Part shown: positions 28,903 through 39,005 of the stretch, piece after piece
Layout of the letters: every line of letters starts with the position of its first letter
How positions within the stretch are numbered: position 1 is the first letter of the stretch
NCBI GenBank assembly: GCA_963692865.2
Contig: OY843592.1
Span: 2,432,001 to 2,496,000 of the forward strand
Direction: 5' to 3'
DNA: 64,000 nucleotides
DNA from: a bacterium
Lineage (GTDB): Bacteria; UBA8248
Made by a program: the position numbers and the translations under genes
The notes under the pieces: generated by a model
What the model saw: the letters and a program-made list of their open reading frames with translations, nothing else
What the model was told of the DNA's origin: nothing
The model's database searches: none

Positions 28903-31900
28903 TCACTCCGCCGCGGCTACTACTTTTTCATAGACCTCTCTTACGCGGCCCGTATGATTCTCGAACCGGGCCAGCAGTTTGGCGTTGGCGCTTCCGTCCA
29001 TATCATCCACGAAATTCAGCCGCCGCGCCAACATGTCCATGGCGTGCTTGGTTTTCAAAAAAATGTTGATCGACTGCGCGTTGCCGATGCGGAGCCGGTT
29101 CTCGACGAGGCGCAAGAAGCGGTATCCGTCGAGCAACGCGCCGGCATCTTCTTGCGAAAGCAGACCCGCCCCGTTCAAAGCCCGCAGGGCAAGGTAGGTG
29201 TTCGGAACCCGGACCTCCGGAAGCGCCCCTCCGTTTCTGATCAGCAGATACTGCGTCAAGAACTCGATGTCGATGATTCCCCCACGCCCGAGCTTGATGT
29301 CGGCGATTCCTTCATCCTCAGCGGAGAGTTCGTTTTCGATGCGCCTTCGCATGTGGCGAACCTGCTCGGCGAGGTCCGCGGGCGCTTCGCGTTCATACAC
29401 GAATTCATGAACGAGTTTCATGAATTCCGCGCCGAACCCGGGAGACCCCGCTACATATCTTGATCTTGTAAGCGCTTGTCTTTCCCATGTTTCAGCGCGG
29501 TTGTCAAAGTAATCCTTGAAAACGTCTATCGGCGCGGTCAATGCGCCCTTCGCTCCTTCGGGCCGCAGGCGCAGATCCATTTCGTAGGTCCGATCCCGCG
29601 AACCCGAGGCGGCGAGGCCGTCGCGCAGACACGTGGCGACCTTGATGAAGAACTCATGATTCGAGATGGTCCTGTATTCGGCGGGTTTTCCGTCGAATTG
29701 GCCGCTCGTGCTCCCGGCGGCGCTGTAGACGAACATGAGGTCCAGATCCGAGCCGTAGTTCATCTCTCCGCTTCCCATCTTGCCGAGGCCTATGATGGCG
29801 AATCGGGCTTCCGCCCCCGTCTCCGCCTCCATCGGAACGCCGTAGAGTTTGCGCATCCTCTCTTGCGCTATCTCGTAGCCGCTCTTTAGCGTGGCCTCTG
29901 CCAAATGGGAGAGGACGGAGAGGGTTTCCAGGATGTCCGCCGCTCCGAGAATGCTCCTGATGCCTATCGCAAGTTCCTCGCTTTTTTTGAGCAGGTGCAG
30001 GCGATTGAATTTTTCTTCCGCCGAGATTTGCGAGTCCGCTATTTTTTTCAGCTCCTCGGCGAGCAGCGCCTTCGAGCGCGGTTCGGAGAGGGTTTCCGTC
30101 TGGAAGAGGGTCTCAAGGAGGCCGGGCTGTTCGATCAGCACCTCGGCGAGGTAATTGCTCGAAGCGAAGAGCTTGAGAATGATTTCGAGGGATTCTTCCT
30201 CCTCGGCCATGAACCCCAGGATGGATTCGCGGCCGCCGCCTTTTTCCACGAATTTGTTCAAGTGCGCAATGGCCCTGTCCGGCTCGGGGAGGTCGAGCGT
30301 CTGGTAGAGCAGACGGGGGAGGAGTTCGTCGAAAATGCGCTTCGCCTTGGCGCTGACGTGTTCGAGCGACGCCCCGTTTCTCAGCAGCTTGAGGTGGGTG
30401 CTTACGCCTTCGGGGTCCACGAAGTTGTAGGAGGACAGATCCTCGGCGGAGAGTGAATCCTCCAGGGTGAGCGCCGGGGTCGGCGGACCGCTCGCAGTTT
30501 CGGCTTCCTCTTCCCCGTTTTGGCTTCGGAACATGTTCTCGAAAATCCTGGATACGTTGTTCTGGTGATACGCCAGGCGGGTCTTCAGTTCATTGCCGTC
30601 CCCGCAATCCATCTTGCGCGCCAGCACGTTGAGGCTCTTCTCGTCCGCCGGAACTTCATGCGTCTGAAGCCCATGCGTGACCTGCACGCGATGCTCCACG
30701 TCTCTCAAGAACACGTACGCGTTCGAGAGCTGGTCGCACTCATGGGCGGGCAGAAGGCCGAGCGCCTCGATGATGGAGAGGCCCTCCAGCGTGCCAGGGT
30801 TCTGGAGCAGCGTTTCGCGGCCGCCGTAGATGAGTTGCAATGCCTGGGTGATGAATTCGATCTCGCGGATGCCGCCTTCGCCGAGCTTCACGTTTCGCGT
30901 CGCGGCGTCTTCACCTTTCAGATTTTCGTTGATGCGGCCCTTGATGCGGCCGATCTCCTCGATCACGCTGATGTCCATCGTCCGCCGGTACACGAAAGGA
31001 CGTATCATGTTCATGAAGTCCTCGCTCAAGGCGGCGGAACCCGCGCAGTGGCGGGATTTGATGAGGGCCTGCCGCTCCCACGTCTCGCCCCATGATTCGT
31101 AATAGACCTCGCAACTCCTGAGCGAATAGGCCAGCGCGCCTTGAGAACCCTCGGGGCGCAGCCGCGTATCGATGCGAAACACATGGCCCTCTTCGGTGTT
31201 TTTCGCCATCAGGGAGATAAGGCGTCTTGAGAGATGGGCGAAAAACTCGTGGTTGGAGATGCTCCTTTTCGTCCGGCCCGTAATCGCGTCCGTCACCCCG
31301 GTTGTCTGCCCCTCGTCCGATGAATATACGAAGATCAGATCGATGTCCGAACTGAAGTTTAGTTCGAGCCCGCCGAGCTTGCCCATCCCGATCACGCTGA
31401 ATTCGGTGTTCCGCCACCTTCCGTCCGCGCCCTTGTGGCGGGGGGTTCCGTATTTGAGTTCGAGCTCGGCCCGGGCGATACGGACCGCCACATCCAGGCA
31501 GGCGTCCGCCAAACGGGAGAGGTTCGTGGTGATCTCCATGAGAGACGCTTGCCGCATCAAATCCAGCACCGCGATTCTCAGGTATTCGCGCTGACGGAAC
31601 CGGCGCATCGCGTTTTCCGGTCCATTGGGCGCGTCCCGATTCTCCCGCACCCATCTCCAGAGTTCGGAGACCATTTTTTCCTTGGTGCGGGCGGTTCTCA
31701 ACGTGGCGGGCCGCAGGAGCCAGTCGAGAAAATGGGGGTGGCGCAGAATCGTTTCGATCAGGAACTGGCTTCCGCCCGCCAGCGCGAAGAATTCCGCCCT
31801 GCGCTCGTCCGAGCGGGTGAGGGCTTTCAGGAGCAGATCCGGCTTCTCGCGTGTGCCCAGAATACGCTCGAAGTTGCTCAGGGCGCGCTCGGGGTCGAAC

Positions 31901-32118
31901 GTGTCGCGCAAAGAGGAGAGCAGTTGCAGCAAAAACTCGGAATTGTTGCGCGGGAAAGCGGGGTGCAGGGCCAGGGACTGGAGATTTCTGGTGACGCCTA
32001 CCGGATCGTTGATTCCGATCAGGGCCAGGAGGTCTTTCGCCGCCGGAGTGGGGGCGCCGCCCGGCAGGAGTTTTTCGATATGGGAAAACCCCGGATGCTC
32101 CTCAATCCGAACGCTCAT
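28903..32118 (-). CDS. glnE: Glutamine synthetase adenylyltransferase
   Basis: Two NT domains (GKLGGLELNFSSDID; GKMGSGEMNYGSDLD), RLRPEG, WERQA, KLGxGG. Confidence 0.93.
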   Translation of the reverse strand: MSVRIEEHPGFSHIEKLLPGGAPTPAAKDLLALIGINDPVGVTRNLQSLALHPAFPRNNSEFLLQLLSSLRDTFDPERALSNFERILGTREKPDLLLKALTRSDERRAEFFALAGGSQFLIETILRHPHFLDWLLRPATLRTARTKEKMVSELWRWVRENRDAPNGPENAMRRFRQREYLRIAVLDLMRQASLMEITTNLSRLADACLDVAVRIARAELELKYGTPRHKGADGRWRNTEFSVIGMGKLGGLELNFSSDIDLIFVYSSDEGQTTGVTDAITGRTKRSISNHEFFAHLSRRLISLMAKNTEEGHVFRIDTRLRPEGSQGALAYSLRSCEVYYESWGETWERQALIKSRHCAGSAALSEDFMNMIRPFVYRRTMDISVIEEIGRIKGRINENLKGEDAATRNVKLGEGGIREIEFITQALQLIYGGRETLLQNPGTLEGLSIIEALGLLPAHECDQLSNAYVFLRDVEHRVQVTHGLQTHEVPADEKSLNVLARKMDCGDGNELKTRLAYHQNNVSRIFENMFRSQNGEEEAETASGPPTPALTLEDSLSAEDLSSYNFVDPEGVSTHLKLLRNGASLEHVSAKAKRIFDELLPRLLYQTLDLPEPDRAIAHLNKFVEKGGGRESILGFMAEEEESLEIILKLFASSNYLAEVLIEQPGLLETLFQTETLSEPRSKALLAEELKKIADSQISAEEKFNRLHLLKKSEELAIGIRSILGAADILETLSVLSHLAEATLKSGYEIAQERMRKLYGVPMEAETGAEARFAIIGLGKMGSGEMNYGSDLDLMFVYSAAGSTSGQFDGKPAEYRTISNHEFFIKVATCLRDGLAASGSRDRTYEMDLRLRPEGAKGALTAPIDVFKDYFDNRAETWERQALTRSRYVAGSPGFGAEFMKLVHEFVYEREAPADLAEQVRHMRRRIENELSAEDEGIADIKLGRGGIIDIEFLTQYLLIRNGGALPEVRVPNTYLALRALNGAGLLSQEDAGALLDGYRFLRLVENRLRIGNAQSINIFLKTKHAMDMLARRLNFVDDMDGSANAKLLARFENHTGRVREVYEKVVAAAE

Positions 32119-32148
32119 AAGGTATCCCTCCGCACAAACCATGAAGGA

Positions 32149-33381
32149 CTAGCGCATGGGATCTCCCGGATCCGCGGCTGCCTGATGAAGAGCCGAATCC
32201 CCCTTCGTCCCGGGGAGCCATGAAAAGGCGACCAGACTCCCCAGGCAGGCGATGCCGATTGCTCCGAAAACGAACTCCAGGCCGTATGCGTCCGCCAGTA
32301 TACCCAGAAAAAACAATCCCAGGCCAACAAAAATCTGGTTGGCCGTAAAAATAACGCCGACGACGCTTCCCGCCAGCCTGGGCGGACTGACCTCGAACCC
32401 GTATGCGAAAATCACCGAGCGCATGGAGATGAGAAAAACGCCGACCGACGCGATGCAGGCGTAGAGGAAAATTCCCGTGCCCGCGTGGGGAACCAAAAAC
32501 ATCGCGATCCCGCCGGCGGCGACCCCGATGAAGAGAATCAGCTTTCGGGAAACCCTGTCGGAGAGATAGCCGACTATCGTCTCGGGAAATATGGAGGCCG
32601 CCGAATACACGCCGAGCGCAAGGCCCAGGGTGCTCGGACCCACGCCGTATTTTCTCACCAGCAGTATGGGCAGAAAAATCGAAACCACGTTGTGGGCGAG
32701 CGTCCGCACGCCCGAGAAAACGCAGGCCCCCATCATGCCGGGGTTCTTGATGAGCGCATCCACGAAGTTGCGCGGGATGAGGGAAGAGCCGGGCTTTTGC
32801 TTGCCGCTGAGCTGGAAGGGTTCGAGATAAACCCACAAAAGCATCGCCGTCACAAGAAGGGGAATCGTGTTCGCCAGCAGGACGCCCCGCCAGGTCATGA
32901 CGAGGAGCAGATAGCCCGCGATGATGGGCGCCAGCGTCTGCCCCAGGTTCGCGCCCGTGCCGTGTACGCCCAGCGCGAAACCCTTGCGGTTGCCGAAGCG
33001 CATTCCCAGCAGGCCCATCGATGGCGGGTGCCAGGTGTGCGTCGCAAGGCCGCTCAGCCAGATAATGGGGGCCAGGGTGAGAAACCCCGCCGCGAGGCTC
33101 GCACCGCCGTAGAACAGCGCGACCGAAGCCATGCACCCGACGAGCAGCCATTTCCCGCCGCCGTAGGCGTCGATGACGTAGCCCGCCCCCACGCTGCTGA
33201 AGGCGCTCATCACGGCCCTGCCCGTGAAGAGGAGGCCCACCTGGGTGAGCGTGAGGCCCAGATCGGCGGTCAGATAGGGGATGACGGGCCCCAGAACGCC
33301 CTGGAACCAGTGTTCACAGGCGTGGCCGGTGGTGAGCAGGGCGAGGATTTGCCATTTCTTCAAGGTTTCATTCTCATGCAA
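32149..33381 (-). CDS. MFS transporter
   Basis: About 12 TM segments, GYLSDRVSRK; divergent from the FadR-like regulator. Confidence 0.85.
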   Translation of the reverse strand: MHENETLKKWQILALLTTGHACEHWFQGVLGPVIPYLTADLGLTLTQVGLLFTGRAVMSAFSSVGAGYVIDAYGGGKWLLVGCMASVALFYGGASLAAGFLTLAPIIWLSGLATHTWHPPSMGLLGMRFGNRKGFALGVHGTGANLGQTLAPIIAGYLLLVMTWRGVLLANTIPLLVTAMLLWVYLEPFQLSGKQKPGSSLIPRNFVDALIKNPGMMGACVFSGVRTLAHNVVSIFLPILLVRKYGVGPSTLGLALGVYSAASIFPETIVGYLSDRVSRKLILFIGVAAGGIAMFLVPHAGTGIFLYACIASVGVFLISMRSVIFAYGFEVSPPRLAGSVVGVIFTANQIFVGLGLFFLGILADAYGLEFVFGAIGIACLGSLVAFSWLPGTKGDSALHQAAADPGDPMR

Positions 33382-33595
33382 TGCGGTGGCGCGAATTTGA
33401 TGCGGGAAATCCTAGCATTTTGACACGGGCGAGCATAGGTGAGGGGACGAATCTACCACAGCCGTTTTATGTCGATTGGCAACCTCGTTTCTGCTGCTGA
33501 ACCTGAAATTTCGATAAAAATGGAAATAAAACAAAATATATCGTCGATTTATGCATTTTCGATTCCCAAAATCCTGCATTTGCCCGTATTTGAGG

Positions 33596-33640
33596 TTGAC
33601 ACACCCTTGAAAGCAGACGTAAATTAACTGGTAGGACAAT
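33596..33640 (+). promoter_or_regulatory. Sigma70-like promoter with overlapping FadR/PdhR-type operator
   Basis: TTGACA-18 bp-TAAATT directly followed by AACTGGTAGGACAAT, resembling the FadR-subfamily TGGT-N3-ACCA/PdhR box. Confidence 0.55.
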
Positions 33641-33691
33641 CCCATAAGGTGATGAGCCTCTCTGTGGGACGCATATTCAGGAGTTTGAAAC

Positions 33692-34432
33692 GTGGTTATC
33701 GGCGACAGACTGCAGGCGGTGAAGAAAACGCGAGTGTATGAGGCCATCGTCGCCCAACTCACGTCCTTGATACTCGAAGGCGAGCTCAAGCCTGGCGAGA
33801 AGCTGCCCTCCGAGCGGGAGTTGTGCGAGCAGTTCGGCGTAGGCAGAAACTCGGTTCGCGAAGCCACGCGCTCGCTGGAATCCGCCAGGCTGGTGGAGAC
33901 CAGACAGGGGGAAGGAACCTTCGTCACGGCGGCTCCCGAGTCCATGCTCCCCATGATTTCCGAAAAAGTCTCCTCCGACGCGGCGAACGGCATGCACGAC
34001 CTCTTCGAGGCGCGCATGGTTCTCGAGCCCCAAATCGCCGCCCTCGCCGCAGAGCGCGCGACGGACGCGGAGTTGGCCATGCTCGAAGATGCCATTCGGC
34101 GGCAGCATGATGCGATAGAGGGCGGAGGCCTTGGTCTCCAGGAAGACACCCAATTTCATTTGGGACTCGCAGAGGCCGCCAGGAATCAATTCCTGCACCA
34201 TCTCCTGAACAGCCTGCTCAATTCCCTGAGCGAGATGCGGGAACGCTCGCTTCGTGATAAAAGCGTTCGCTTCCGCTCCTGGGAAGCGCACCGGAAGATT
34301 CTGGATGCCGTCTCGGACAAGGACCGGAACAGGGCGATGGCGGGGATGATCAGCCACTTGGTCGAGATTGAGGGGAACGAAATCGAATCCCACGTGAAAC
34401 TGGAACATCTGGCGGAACTGGAATCGGCATGA
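33692..34432 (+). CDS. FadR/GntR family transcriptional regulator
   Basis: KLPSERELCEQFGVGRNSVREA, FCD domain DTQFH. Confidence 0.92.
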   Translation: MVIGDRLQAVKKTRVYEAIVAQLTSLILEGELKPGEKLPSERELCEQFGVGRNSVREATRSLESARLVETRQGEGTFVTAAPESMLPMISEKVSSDAANGMHDLFEARMVLEPQIAALAAERATDAELAMLEDAIRRQHDAIEGGGLGLQEDTQFHLGLAEAARNQFLHHLLNSLLNSLSEMRERSLRDKSVRFRSWEAHRKILDAVSDKDRNRAMAGMISHLVEIEGNEIESHVKLEHLAELESA

Positions 34433-34506
34433 ACCGATTTTGAAGGAATCGAGCCTTGAAAACCGTATAGTTCAACTTCTTCAACTCCAAGTGGGGGGTA
34501 TCGAAT

Positions 34507-35697
34507 GTGAGCGTCATATCGTTTGAAGTCATCTACAGAGGAATTTTCCAGAAAAGCCTTGCGGTGAAAATTTCACGGACGTTGATCCTCGCGGCCGTGA
34601 AGGAAGGAAAACCGGGAATCTCCTTCGGGCGCTACAGCGATTCGCCCGAGCGCAACGGGATTCCCGCCAAGCAGTTCGGCTACATCGCGGACAACGAGGA
34701 AGAACTCGAAACGGTGGCCGCGCAATACGAGCCCAAGCAGGTGGACATCTCCATCTGCGTGGACGACACGCTTTGCAAGGGCGTGGAATCCTGGGCGTGG
34801 TACGGTCTTCAGCCCATCAACGCCGTCACGAAGCCCGGCGGCACGCTGATCGTCACCTCGAACCAGAAAGAAGACGAACTCGTCCAGCACATCCACCGCA
34901 AAGACGAGCCCTACAAACTCGCGATCATCCCGGGCGAGGCGAGCTTCGCCGGCCTCTGGGTCTACAAGGACGACGGCACCGACGCGCGCTGTCTGGCGGC
35001 GGCCCTCAAGGCAGAGCCGAGCATGTGCTCCATCGCCTCTCTGGAGTCGGCCATCCGCGAGAACATCGGCTCGGAAACGCACGTGGAAGCCGCGCGCGAG
35101 GTGTATGAAGACCTGCGCCCGGTCGAAATCGAACCGGGGCAGGGCAACGACGAGGTTCCCTTCACGTTCGAACTCCTCAAGTGGCACGAAATGCGCCAGG
35201 GCGTCGTCATCGACGGCGTGGGCGGACACGAGGGTTTCCGGGGCGGCGAGGGCGGCTACGAGCCGGGGCGCAACCCGTACTTCAAGAAGTGGTCGACGCG
35301 CACCATGCGCCCGGTCGTCTCGTTCGATAAATGCACGAAATGCACGCTGTGCTGGATCGCGTGCCCGGACACCTGCTTCGACGTCACGCCGGACGGCTAC
35401 TTCGACGCCAACATGGAGGCGTGCTGCGGCTGCGGCGTGTGCGAGGCCATCTGCCCGGTCAAGGACTGCATCACCATGGTGAACGAGGTCGTCTTCGAGG
35501 AACGCGACAGCCAGTGGCAGATGTGGAACGAGAACAAGGAAGATTACGACAAGTACATGGACGACAAGATCACCACCGGCAAGATAGAGGGCCGCCACCC
35601 GATCACAGGCCTGGGGCAGGCGTTCTCCGGCATCGGCATCGAGACGGGTCACAACCCCGAGACGGCCAGGATCAAAACCCTTCAAGACCTCAAATAG
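34507..35697 (+). CDS. 2-oxoacid:ferredoxin oxidoreductase gamma+delta fusion subunit (oxalate oxidoreductase delta-like)
   Basis: Gamma-like N-terminus (YSDSPER); CTKCTLCWIACP and CCGCGVCEAICP 4Fe-4S motifs. Confidence 0.85.
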   Translation: MSVISFEVIYRGIFQKSLAVKISRTLILAAVKEGKPGISFGRYSDSPERNGIPAKQFGYIADNEEELETVAAQYEPKQVDISICVDDTLCKGVESWAWYGLQPINAVTKPGGTLIVTSNQKEDELVQHIHRKDEPYKLAIIPGEASFAGLWVYKDDGTDARCLAAALKAEPSMCSIASLESAIRENIGSETHVEAAREVYEDLRPVEIEPGQGNDEVPFTFELLKWHEMRQGVVIDGVGGHEGFRGGEGGYEPGRNPYFKKWSTRTMRPVVSFDKCTKCTLCWIACPDTCFDVTPDGYFDANMEACCGCGVCEAICPVKDCITMVNEVVFEERDSQWQMWNENKEDYDKYMDDKITTGKIEGRHPITGLGQAFSGIGIETGHNPETARIKTLQDLK

Positions 35698-35715
35698 GAC
35701 AATAGGAGCGAACTG

Positions 35716-36933
35716 ATGGCGACAGCTACCGAACAACAACAAGGTGCGGGAGTTCATCTCCTCACCGGAAGCGAGGTGATGGCCCACGTGTGCCGCCTCG
35801 CCGACGTGGATGTCATCACGGCGTATCCGATCCGGCCGTATGACACCGTGATGCAGTACGTCTCGAAATTCATCGCCGAGGGCGAGTTCGACGCCGACTA
35901 CATTCCGGCGGAGAGCGAGCACGGCCAGTTCGAGATCGTCAAGCACGCCTCGGCCTGCGGCGCGCGCGTGTTCACCGGATCGAGCGGCGTGGGCTGGCTC
36001 TACGCGATGGAGCCTCTGGCCGTTACGGCGGGGCTTCGCCTGCCGATGGTGGCCCTGGTCGGCTGCCGCGCTTTGGATGACCCCGGCGCGTTCGGCACCG
36101 AGCACAACGACGCGATGCTCGTGCGCGATCTGGGCTGGATGATCAACTTCCCCGACACGGCGCAGGAAGTCGTCGAGCTCGGCCTCATGGCGTATCGCGT
36201 GGCCGAGGATTCGAACGTGTACCTGCCTTGCGCCATCGCCATGGACGGCGCGTTCCTCACGCACAGCCAGGCGACGGTGCGGCTGCCCGGGCAGGAGCAG
36301 GTCGACGAGTTCCTCCCGCCCTATGACAGGGGCGACCTGCTGCTGCACCCGGACAACCCCATCACCATCGCGCCCCAGGCGAACGAGGACTGGCTCATGG
36401 AAGTCCGCCGCCAGAGCAGCGAGGCGGCGAAAAACTCATACGGCGTGCTCAAGGAAGCCCACGCCGATTTCTGCAGAATCTTTGGCGTGGACACGGACCC
36501 CTTCCTCGATGAATACATGACCGAGGACGCCGACGTCGTGCTCTGCGGCATGGGAACGCTGAGCCTGCCGGTGAAGGTCGCCATCCGCGAAATGCGCAAG
36601 GAAGGCAAGAAGGTCGGCATGCTTCGTCTCAAATGGTTCCGCCCCTTCCCGACGGAAGAGTTGCGCGCGTCGCTCTCGCGCTTCAAGGCGGTGGGCGTCA
36701 TCGACCGCGACTACTCGTTTGGTTCTCCCTATCATGGTGGTATAGTGTTCAACGAAGTGAAAGCCGCCATGTACGGGGCGGACAAGGTGCCTCACATGAA
36801 AGGGTTCGTCTGCGGCCTCGGTGGCCGTGAGGTGCTGCTCGAAGACGTCAAACACATGGCCGACAAGGTCATTTCCATGGGCCAGAACGATGCGGCCGAC
36901 AACGAAGTCGACTGGATCGGCGTGAGGGACTAA
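35716..36933 (+). CDS. 2-oxoacid:ferredoxin oxidoreductase alpha subunit (YPIRP type)
   Basis: YPIRP, ESEH, TGSSGVG, FRPFP, GLGGRE. Confidence 0.9.
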   Translation: MATATEQQQGAGVHLLTGSEVMAHVCRLADVDVITAYPIRPYDTVMQYVSKFIAEGEFDADYIPAESEHGQFEIVKHASACGARVFTGSSGVGWLYAMEPLAVTAGLRLPMVALVGCRALDDPGAFGTEHNDAMLVRDLGWMINFPDTAQEVVELGLMAYRVAEDSNVYLPCAIAMDGAFLTHSQATVRLPGQEQVDEFLPPYDRGDLLLHPDNPITIAPQANEDWLMEVRRQSSEAAKNSYGVLKEAHADFCRIFGVDTDPFLDEYMTEDADVVLCGMGTLSLPVKVAIREMRKEGKKVGMLRLKWFRPFPTEELRASLSRFKAVGVIDRDYSFGSPYHGGIVFNEVKAAMYGADKVPHMKGFVCGLGGREVLLEDVKHMADKVISMGQNDAADNEVDWIGVRD

Positions 36934-36936
36934 ATC

Positions 36937-37965
36937 ATGGCTGAAACCTCTGAATACAACATCGGAACACAGGAACTTCCCTTGATGGGGAAGGTGAACG
37001 CCATTCCCGAGAAAGCGGTGGAGGAGTATTTCACCAGCGGGCACAGGACGTGCCAGGGCTGTGAGAGCGCGCTCATCATGCGCCTCATGGCCAAGGCGGC
37101 GGGCCCTCGCTCCATCATCCTGGGCAGCACGGGCTGCATGTACGTGGCGAACACCACCTACTACAGCACTCCCTGGGTCGTGCCGTGGATGCACACGCAG
37201 CTGGGTTCGTCCGGCTCGGCGGCGACGGGAACGGCGGCGGCGCTTCGCGCGCTGATGCGCAAGGGCAAGATGAAGGAAGAGCCCATCAACGTCATCGCCT
37301 TCTGCGGCGACGGCGGCGGCATCGACATGGGCGTCTCCTCCATATCTGCGGCGCTCATGCACGCGAAGTACAACCTGGCGATCATCTGCTACGACAACGA
37401 ATCGTACGCGAACACGGACATCCAGATTTCGGGCGCATCCCCCTGGGGCGCGAACACGACGTTCACGCCTCCGGGCAAGAAGTTCCGCATCATGCACGAT
37501 TGTTGGAAGAAGAACATCGCCGCCATGTACGCGGTCGGCCACACGCGCTGCAACTACGTGGCGACGGCGGACGCCTCCTACCCCGCCGACTTGATCGACA
37601 AGGTCCGCAAGGCGCTGGCCGTGAAGGGGCCCGCCTTCGTGCACACGCTCGACCCGTGCCCGAAAGGGTGGGACTACGATCCCTTCTACTCCCACAAGCT
37701 CGGCGAGCTGGCCGTGGAGACGGGTCTCTTCCCGCTCTGGGAGATGACGGACGGAGCGCTCACCTACACGGGCATTTCCGCGCGCCAGGTGTACGGCAAG
37801 CGTGGCCGCAAGCCGGTGCGCGAATATCTGGAGACGCAGGGCCGCTTCCACCACTTCGTTGAGGAAGACTACGAATACTTCCAGAGCGAGGTGGACAAGA
37901 TGTGGGACGACTGGATGGTTCCCGGCGTGATTCCCTTCAAGGTGAACAATCCGAGCAAGAAGTAG
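36937..37965 (+). CDS. 2-oxoacid:ferredoxin oxidoreductase beta (TPP-binding) subunit
   Basis: CQGC, TGC, GDGG...DNESYANT, PCP. Confidence 0.9.
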   Translation: MAETSEYNIGTQELPLMGKVNAIPEKAVEEYFTSGHRTCQGCESALIMRLMAKAAGPRSIILGSTGCMYVANTTYYSTPWVVPWMHTQLGSSGSAATGTAAALRALMRKGKMKEEPINVIAFCGDGGGIDMGVSSISAALMHAKYNLAIICYDNESYANTDIQISGASPWGANTTFTPPGKKFRIMHDCWKKNIAAMYAVGHTRCNYVATADASYPADLIDKVRKALAVKGPAFVHTLDPCPKGWDYDPFYSHKLGELAVETGLFPLWEMTDGALTYTGISARQVYGKRGRKPVREYLETQGRFHHFVEEDYEYFQSEVDKMWDDWMVPGVIPFKVNNPSKK

Positions 37966-37997
37966 GGATTCGGGAAGCCGGTCTTCGGGAAATTTCA

Positions 37998-38028
37998 CGG
38001 CGGGGCCCTTCGGGGCCCCGCCCTTTTT
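37998..38028 (+). terminator. Rho-independent terminator
   Basis: GGCGGGGCCC-TTCG-GGGCCCCGCC followed by CTTTTT. Confidence 0.75.
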
Positions 38029-38064
38029 CGCTCATGCCGAGCGCAAGTGTTCAAAGAGCAGAAG

Positions 38065-38961
38065 ATGAACGAAGTCGGGGAAACGAGAAGAGGGAAAGAC
38101 GAAGCCGCGATGGTGCACGTGTCCGCCGGCCCGTTTCTGATGGGATCTGACATCGGCAACGCGGACGAGCGCCCTCGGCGCGAGGTCACCCTCGACGCTT
38201 TCTGGATCGACAAACACTGCGTGACGAACGCGCAGTACCGCGCCTTCTTGGAGGAGACCGAGGCGTTTCAATCGCCCCCCTCGTTCGCGAGAGACGATTT
38301 CGTGGGGCCCGGGCAGCCCATCGTCAGCATCAGCTGGGAGGAGGCGAACGCCTACGCCCGCTGGGTGGGCAAGCGCCTGCCGACCGAAGCGGAGTGGGAG
38401 AAGGCGGCGCGCGGAACGGACGGCCGCAAATATCCCTGGGGGGAGGACGAACCCTCTCCCGAGCGGGCCGTCTACGCGAGTACGGAAATGGAAATTCACT
38501 GCCCGAGCAATGTGGATGAATTCGCCGAAAGCGCCTCTCCCTATGGTTGCGTGCAGATGGCGGGCAACGTCTTCGAGTGGGTGGCGGACTGGTTCGACGG
38601 GTTCTATTACCAGACGGGCCCGGCGGAAAACCCCAAAGGCCTGGATAAGCCGACCTTCGAGGTGGCGATGGCGCGGGTGCCCGTGTTCGCCGTTCCGGGC
38701 GGGGGGAATCTGAGCCTGGGCGAAGTCAAGCGCGGCGAGCGCTACGAGATCCTCCACCGCGACGAGGACAGCTACAAGATACGCTTCGGGAACACCGAGG
38801 GCTGGCTGCCGCGCAGGGCGGGCTACGCATGGACGGCCAAGGCCGCCCGGGGCTGCGGCTGGGACTACATCGAAGACAGCCTCAGGTGTTCGGCGAGAGA
38901 GGGCTTCGAGCCCTGGTACAAGAATTTCAACATCGGCTTCCGGTGCGCGATGGACGCCTGA
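38065..38961 (+). CDS. FGE-sulfatase domain protein with an inserted SH3b-like segment
   Basis: AGPFLMG, RLPTEAEWEKAARG, MAGNVFEW, GFRCA; start uncertain (38047/38065/38110). Confidence 0.8.
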   Translation: MNEVGETRRGKDEAAMVHVSAGPFLMGSDIGNADERPRREVTLDAFWIDKHCVTNAQYRAFLEETEAFQSPPSFARDDFVGPGQPIVSISWEEANAYARWVGKRLPTEAEWEKAARGTDGRKYPWGEDEPSPERAVYASTEMEIHCPSNVDEFAESASPYGCVQMAGNVFEWVADWFDGFYYQTGPAENPKGLDKPTFEVAMARVPVFAVPGGGNLSLGEVKRGERYEILHRDEDSYKIRFGNTEGWLPRRAGYAWTAKAARGCGWDYIEDSLRCSAREGFEPWYKNFNIGFRCAMDA

Positions 38962-39005
38962 AGCCGGTTCCCTCGACTCGTCAACAGCAGCGCTCTTCTC
39001 CTGAA

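Noticed and set aside
14814-38961. Diversity-generating retroelement targeting the two FGE/CLec-fold genes
   Set aside because: No reverse transcriptase and no template repeat with A-specific mismatches seen.
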